A stretch of DNA of 64,000 nucleotides from an uncultured SAR86 cluster bacterium (GTDB taxonomy: Bacteria > Pseudomonadota > Gammaproteobacteria > Magnimaribacterales > D2472): positions 937 through 64,936 of the forward strand of contig CABWYS010000003.1 of NCBI GenBank assembly GCA_902509555.1, given 5' to 3'. A program made the position numbers and the translations under genes. Numbering within the stretch: the first letter of the stretch is position 1; each line of letters starts with the position of its first letter. Of this stretch, positions 58,924 to 64,000 are shown piece after piece. The notes below the pieces were generated by a model. It ran no database searches and was not told the DNA's origin. It saw nothing but the letters and a program-made list of their open reading frames with translations.

Positions 58924-59733
58924 ATGAAAATTGTATCTTTTAATATAAACAGCATAAGAGCTCGCCCCCACCAACTTATTCATCTTAGAGATACCATCGA
59001 TCCTGATGTAATTGGAATACAGGAAACTAAAGTAAATGATCCTGAGTTTCCGATTGATGAAATTAAAAAAATTGGGTACCACCCAGAATTTTGGGGACAA
59101 AAAGGGCACTATGGAGTTGCTATTCTAAGCAAAAAAAAGCCTGAAAATGTGCAAAAAGGTTTTGCAGGTGATTCAGATGATGACCAAAAAAGATTTATAC
59201 AAGCTACTTTTAAATGGAAAAGAAAAAAAATTACTATCATGAATGGGTATTTTCCTCAGGGAGAAAATAGGTCGCACGAAACCAAATTTCCAAAAAAAAT
59301 AAAATTCTATGATGATTTAGAAAATCACATCAAAGAACTTAAAAAAGTTGAAGAGAATTTAATTGTAATGGGAGATTTTAATGTTGCTCCTACACAATTA
59401 GATATTGGAATAGGTGAACAAAATGCAAAGAGATGGTTACGAGATGGAAAAACAGCATTCCTTCCAGAAGAAATAGAAATGTGGAATAAAATTAGAGACT
59501 TAGGTTTTTTAGATTCATGGAGAATGCAAAATCCTAATGAGGGATCAATTTATTCTTGGTTTGATTACCGCTCAAGGATGTTTGATGATGATCCTAAAAG
59601 AGGGTTGCGAATCGATCACATACTTATATCACAAAATATAGAGCACGAAATCCTTGATACTGGGATAGACTACTCTGCGAGGGCAATGGTAAAGCCCTCT
59701 GATCATTGCCCGATATGGGTAGAATTGAAATAG
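58924..59733 (+). CDS. xthA: Exodeoxyribonuclease III
   Basis: 269 aa. MKIVSFNINSIRAR, IGIQETK, GDFNVAP, SDHCPIWVEL. Confidence 0.93.
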   Translation: MKIVSFNINSIRARPHQLIHLRDTIDPDVIGIQETKVNDPEFPIDEIKKIGYHPEFWGQKGHYGVAILSKKKPENVQKGFAGDSDDDQKRFIQATFKWKRKKITIMNGYFPQGENRSHETKFPKKIKFYDDLENHIKELKKVEENLIVMGDFNVAPTQLDIGIGEQNAKRWLRDGKTAFLPEEIEMWNKIRDLGFLDSWRMQNPNEGSIYSWFDYRSRMFDDDPKRGLRIDHILISQNIEHEILDTGIDYSARAMVKPSDHCPIWVELK

Positions 59734-59746
59734 CAATTAGTGTGAA

Positions 59747-60193
59747 TCATCTTCTGTTATAAAAGAAGCTTTTTAGAAGCTCGGAAGATTCATTAGATTT
59801 GTGACCCCAGCTATAGCTCACATGATGATTTAAATCTTCTCTATCAAGGAAAAAATCAATAGACTGTATTGCTCCTGTTTTTGGCTCTAAAGCTCCAAAA
59901 TATAAATGCTCAAGCCTAGCATCAACTATTGCTTTTGCGCACATATGACAAGGCTCAAGGGTGACATAGATATCACAATGAAGGAGTCTATAGTTATTTA
60001 AAATTTGGCTAGCATTATTTATTGCAAGAATCTCGGCATGGGAAGAAACAGAATTATTTGCAATTACCTTATTATGAGCTTGACTTATAACATTCCCTTG
60101 ATGAGTTATAACTGCACCAACGGGGACCTCGCCCTTATTAAAGGCAATTTTAGCCATCTCAATTGCAAGAGTCATAAAATCTTTTTTATACAT
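59747..60193 (-). CDS. tadA: tRNA adenosine(34) deaminase
   Basis: 148 aa. CDA-fold zinc motifs HAEILAI and PCHMCAKA. Confidence 0.9.
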   Translation of the reverse strand: MYKKDFMTLAIEMAKIAFNKGEVPVGAVITHQGNVISQAHNKVIANNSVSSHAEILAINNASQILNNYRLLHCDIYVTLEPCHMCAKAIVDARLEHLYFGALEPKTGAIQSIDFFLDREDLNHHVSYSWGHKSNESSELLKSFFYNRR

Positions 60194-60214
60194 ATATTTG
60201 ATAGGAAAATCTAA

Positions 60215-60868
60215 CTAAATAAACTTTGCCCATTCTTCTATCGGCCTTCTGGAAGATTTAAGAGAGTTTATTGGATCACTGTCATTGCTATAGCCTATGC
60301 ACATTCCGCAAAATAAAATTTCATCAGGATCGGCTCTCATAAATTCAGAAACACTATCATGTTTTATTGACCAAGCTTCTTGAGCACATGTATCTAAACC
60401 AACTTCTTTAGCAAGCAACATAAATGTTTGCAAAAACATTCCTAAGTCAGACCATTGCGGAGGTCCCATTTGCCGATCAACAAAACAGAATAAAGCTGCA
60501 GGGGCGCCAAAAAATTCAAAATTTTTCATCACCTGATTTAAACGACCAGATTTATCATCTCGGCCTATTCCTAATATCTTATACATCTCTTCCCCAAGCT
60601 CATATCTTGAGGTTCTATATGGCTCCTTTAATTTGCTTGGATAAATGTCATATGCAGGGTTTTCCTGTTCGGTCCATTTTTGTTGAAAAATTAAGAAATC
60701 ATCCATGCTTTTTTCATTAATAACAAAAATCTTCCATGGCTGAAGATTGCCTCCAGAAGGGCTCCTTGAAGCCTTTAGCAATAAATCTTTTATCAAAGAG
60801 TTACTGATTGGTTTTGATTGAAAAGATCTAACGGACGATCTCAATTTTACGGCATCTGAAATCTTCAT
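60215..60868 (-). CDS. Nitroreductase family protein
   Basis: 217 aa. LRSSVRSFQSKPI N-terminal motif and QPWKIFV. Confidence 0.72.
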   Translation of the reverse strand: MKISDAVKLRSSVRSFQSKPISNSLIKDLLLKASRSPSGGNLQPWKIFVINEKSMDDFLIFQQKWTEQENPAYDIYPSKLKEPYRTSRYELGEEMYKILGIGRDDKSGRLNQVMKNFEFFGAPAALFCFVDRQMGPPQWSDLGMFLQTFMLLAKEVGLDTCAQEAWSIKHDSVSEFMRADPDEILFCGMCIGYSNDSDPINSLKSSRRPIEEWAKFI

Positions 60869-60988
60869 AAATTAAAGTTTGAAATTTGAATTATTAAAAC
60901 ATTATACAAAATCAATTTAAATAAAAATTAAATTATATTGCACTTCTAAAGTAGCATTTAAATTAGCAAGCTCAAGCTGTACTAGTAA

Positions 60989-62620
60989 TTAACTAATTTT
61001 TTTGAAAGTGCTATGATCGTAAACGCAATATCTATTGTTCATATGTAGGTGATGAACTCCTGAAAGATTCTTAAAAAAATTCGCTTTTATTGAGAAAACT
61101 TTACTTTCTTGATAAAAGTTTGTATCGATATAGTCTATTTTATTAATTGAAATTCCAGTTCCATACCTTCCTATGTCATGAAATTGATTCACTCTATATG
61201 CGACTCCATCTAATTCAAAAAAACCACCATTTCTAGCTTTTTGAGAATCAAAAATCACTGGATTGATTGAGCTCTTTTTCCAAGAATCAGTGAGAATGCC
61301 ATCACTTGTATATAGATGCAGCTCGGATAATCTATCATCGATTTTGCTTGAGCAAATATTTGTTAATAAATGCCATTGCGAATCTGAGTTAAAAATTATT
61401 GTATCCGAAGCTGAAACATCTCTGATAAGAGTTTTTTTATAAATCCATTTATTTGGAAATGATACACATTCATACAAGCGAATTTCATTGATTTGAGCTG
61501 TTTCAGGGCACATATATATTTTGTTTTCATATTCAAAGATAAAGGGAAAGGATAAATGGAAGTTCTCCTCAAGAGCAACTCCCATATTTTCATACCCATC
61601 CTCAAGGATTTTATAGCATGAGATTTTTCCTTTATTCTCAGAATATGAAAAATCTTCAAGGAAACAATAATCACTTTCACCCATTGAAAAAATAAATGGA
61701 TCAGCTAAAAATCTCCCTTTGGGGTTCTTAATTGTTATGCCTTGCGACAAATTTGATTCAAGTCCCTCAGCAGACACAAATGAAACACTCCATTCATGTC
61801 TGTAATTGAGATATCTAAGGGAAAAATTCTTTACTAATGCAAAGGATGTATTAAATAAGTATTTTAATAACTCAAAAAATGATGGGGATGTATATAATTT
61901 AGCTATTGGAGAAAATGGCTTCTCAATAATTGAAATTTTTCTCGTGATTGAAATTTCCTTTAAAAGATTTAGTAAGAATATATTGCTCTTATAAGAAATT
62001 CTTGTTGCATTTAGCTGCCAATACGAAGCAGTAGGAATATTGCCTCGCATCAAGATATTTCCATTATCTAATTCTTCAGTAAGTTGTTGAATGATAAATC
62101 CAGTGGTAGGTTTTTTTAAAAAAACTTCCCAAAACCCAGCTGGCATACCTCTAATTTCTCTATTATCTCCATGATGAAAAGATAGCACGCCAAATTTTGT
62201 AATAGTCAAAATTTTACCTTTCAATATTCCTGTCCCACATCTGATAAGAACGTCAAGATTTAAGTTAGAAATCTGATCTAAATCATAGGAAGAGAAAGTA
62301 TGTGCAAGGCCACTCGTTGATAATTGAGGCTGTATTCTTATTATGCTCAATTTTAAATTTGATATCATAATAGTATTTTTATGTTGAGAAAATAGTGGAT
62401 TTTTTTGCAGCCAAAAAGTTTCAATCTCTACAATCATCCTTCTTAAAATTCTTCTAAAAAAATTTGTAAAAAAAAATTTATTTTTATTGGAATAAACCTG
62501 TGATAAAAGCACAGGCTGCTCAAAAAAAAAGTTTTCTTTTTTTAATGCGCATATTAAATCATAAGTACTTTTACTTACTTTATGATTGTCAATGATGAGC
62601 CCAACTTTAAGTTTTTTCAT
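60989..62620 (-). CDS. Fusion protein: formyltransferase-like N-domain plus propeller-like C-domain of unknown function
   Basis: 543 aa. N-half has a Formyl_trans_N-like core (DVLIRCGTGILKGKIL...GVLSFHHGDNREIRGMPAGFWEV...ELDNGNIL). C-half (FLADPFIF...FPFIFEY...WHLLTN...YRVNQ) resembles bacterial proteins I recall as annotated 'glucosamine inositolphosphorylceramide transferase family'. Confidence 0.5.
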   Translation of the reverse strand: MKKLKVGLIIDNHKVSKSTYDLICALKKENFFFEQPVLLSQVYSNKNKFFFTNFFRRILRRMIVEIETFWLQKNPLFSQHKNTIMISNLKLSIIRIQPQLSTSGLAHTFSSYDLDQISNLNLDVLIRCGTGILKGKILTITKFGVLSFHHGDNREIRGMPAGFWEVFLKKPTTGFIIQQLTEELDNGNILMRGNIPTASYWQLNATRISYKSNIFLLNLLKEISITRKISIIEKPFSPIAKLYTSPSFFELLKYLFNTSFALVKNFSLRYLNYRHEWSVSFVSAEGLESNLSQGITIKNPKGRFLADPFIFSMGESDYCFLEDFSYSENKGKISCYKILEDGYENMGVALEENFHLSFPFIFEYENKIYMCPETAQINEIRLYECVSFPNKWIYKKTLIRDVSASDTIIFNSDSQWHLLTNICSSKIDDRLSELHLYTSDGILTDSWKKSSINPVIFDSQKARNGGFFELDGVAYRVNQFHDIGRYGTGISINKIDYIDTNFYQESKVFSIKANFFKNLSGVHHLHMNNRYCVYDHSTFKKIS

Positions 62621-62665
62621 TTATTTCTAGCATAAATATAATTCTTTCAATTATTTCAGCGCGAA

Positions 62666-63841
62666 TCACTTAAAAGTTCGAAGCAAGGCATTAATAGCCC
62701 CAAATATATAACCTGGAAATTTAGCAATATCTAAAATGAATCCAAATAGGCCAAATAATAACCAATTAAAAGGTAATACTTCTTTCAAAGATAAACCGCC
62801 AACAAATGGTTTGTAAATTGCTCTAAATAAAAAACCTACTGAAATTAAAAACAAAATATAACTTTTAGTAATATGTGGAATATATAAAAATGACTCATCT
62901 GCCCAACTTGCTATTACCTGATTCCACTGACTAGCTATGTAAAGAGAAAATGTTACAAAAATCGCCCCGATAAATTTCGACATAGAGGATCTTAATTTAA
63001 TAAATTTTGATGAGGTCAGAATAATGATTGCAAATATTGAAAAGATGTAAAAAAAACCTCTGGTGATATGCGGAACATAGAGCAAGCTGTCATCCCAACC
63101 AACAATAGCATTCCAATGAGGAATAATAAGTGAAATAAGCAACAGTGAGATTCCAAAAATAAATATCTTAGTATTCATCTGAACTTCAGTTAAAGCGCTA
63201 TGAAACTGATAGATAAAATGTCTTTTTATTTCATCGCTAAATTTTTTAGATATTTCTGAATAAGTTAAATCTCCATTATTTGGTGAAATAAATGTTAAGT
63301 TGGATTGACGTATTCTGTTTCTCCAATCTAGGTCATCGCTAGCTCTTATGCCCTCCTGAAAAAATCCAATCTTAGAATTTACATCTTTAATCATAATAGA
63401 GCCAGGCGTTGTTTCAAGCGGTTTCTTGCCATAAATACATCCTAGCAAGATAAATTGAAGCAAAGATTCTGCTTGATATTTTGTTGAGCCAAAAACAATA
63501 TCAACGTTTTGATTTATCAGTAGATTAAAGTTTGTTTCAAGCCAATATCTGTTTGGAATAGTTTTTGCATCTAGCAAAGCAATGCATCTGTTCGTTGCAT
63601 TTGAAATTCCTAAGTTTCTTGCTTCCCCAGGAAATGCTTTCTCCACTTTTAAATATTTTATTTTAAAAAACTTTTCATATAGTAAGGCAATCTCCTGAAT
63701 TTTATTAGATTCAGACGAATCAACTACTACTATCTCATCGGGTAAGAGTGTTTGGGATGATAAGGCATTAAATAATTTTTCTGTTGAATTAATATAATTA
63801 AGTGTTGGTATTACTATACTAATTAAGGAATCAGGATTCAT
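62666..63841 (-). CDS. GT2 glycosyltransferase fused to a C-terminal multi-TM domain with an internal duplication
   Basis: 391 aa. ISIVIPTLN...DEIVVVDSS GT-A N-domain. The C-terminal about 170 aa is hydrophobic with a repeated WN..W.D.S.LY[VI]PHIT[RK] module. Confidence 0.75.
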   Translation of the reverse strand: MNPDSLISIVIPTLNYINSTEKLFNALSSQTLLPDEIVVVDSSESNKIQEIALLYEKFFKIKYLKVEKAFPGEARNLGISNATNRCIALLDAKTIPNRYWLETNFNLLINQNVDIVFGSTKYQAESLLQFILLGCIYGKKPLETTPGSIMIKDVNSKIGFFQEGIRASDDLDWRNRIRQSNLTFISPNNGDLTYSEISKKFSDEIKRHFIYQFHSALTEVQMNTKIFIFGISLLLISLIIPHWNAIVGWDDSLLYVPHITRGFFYIFSIFAIIILTSSKFIKLRSSMSKFIGAIFVTFSLYIASQWNQVIASWADESFLYIPHITKSYILFLISVGFLFRAIYKPFVGGLSLKEVLPFNWLLFGLFGFILDIAKFPGYIFGAINALLRTFK

Positions 63842-64000
63842 AATTTTTAATTCAATAATTTAGATTTGTCAGTTCGATCATAAAGGTAGATTTGATATAC
63901 TCTGTATCTAATAAATATTATATATAAATAAAATTACTCTCACCATTATCAAAAAAATAAAGAAATTCTTCTAATCATGATTAAATAAAATGCTGAAAGT

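Noticed and set aside
60944-60952. Single copy of TTCTAAAGT (the core of the octamer repeat) in the spacer downstream of the 543-aa gene.
   Set aside because: One 9-mer match in 64 kb of AT-rich DNA on two strands is within chance expectation.
1-64000. Looked for tRNA/rRNA/tmRNA genes, IS elements, integrases, toxin-antitoxin pairs and phage-defence operons.
   Set aside because: I recognised none by eye. No GC-rich structured segments are visible, and every intergenic spacer is shorter than about 160 nt. A tRNAscan/Infernal run would be needed to exclude small RNAs formally.

Overview
AT-rich, very gene-dense chromosomal window with about 65 protein genes. I recognised no rRNA, tRNA, CRISPR array, transposase or integrase by eye. 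The gene order asd-fimV-truA-trpFBA-accD-dedD-cvpA-purF and a TACTG-N10-CAGTA SOS box point to a gammaproteobacterium. A streamlined marine lineage such as SAR86 is only a guess. Layout: 0-29 kb is core metabolism and housekeeping (purF, trp, leu, aroC, methylcitrate cycle prpBCD, queH, lexA, topA, pyrD, galU, nadK). 30-35 kb holds a Zn-ADH, a pair of acyl-CoA dehydrogenases, mazG and an acyltransferase. At 35.13-35.23 kb a 12-unit octanucleotide tandem array fills the spacer between two convergent genes and supplies both stop codons. 35.7-44.1 kb is the most unusual block. It is a tightly coupled 10-gene minus-strand glycan-modification island: a sugar aminotransferase, two Fe(II)/2OG dioxygenases, GtrA, a propeller-fold protein, a NeuD/PglD acetyltransferase, a methyltransferase, a polyprenyl-phosphate-type GT2, WbqC and a large polytopic membrane protein. 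Its logic resembles the Arn/Gtr carrier-lipid pathways, but I cannot match the tailoring set to a characterised system. 44.1-56.2 kb is a catabolic block: LLM oxidoreductase, NMO-family flavoenzyme, GST, then acyl-CoA carboxylase CT+BC, TetR, AtuA/DUF1446, crotonase and a second ACAD pair. Two of its promoter regions carry the same TGGTAAT-N14-ATTACCA palindrome. 56-61 kb is housekeeping (prc, xthA, tadA). 61-64 kb begins a second glycan locus that runs off the window. All product calls rest on motif and architecture recognition in the supplied translations. No database search or computation was possible.
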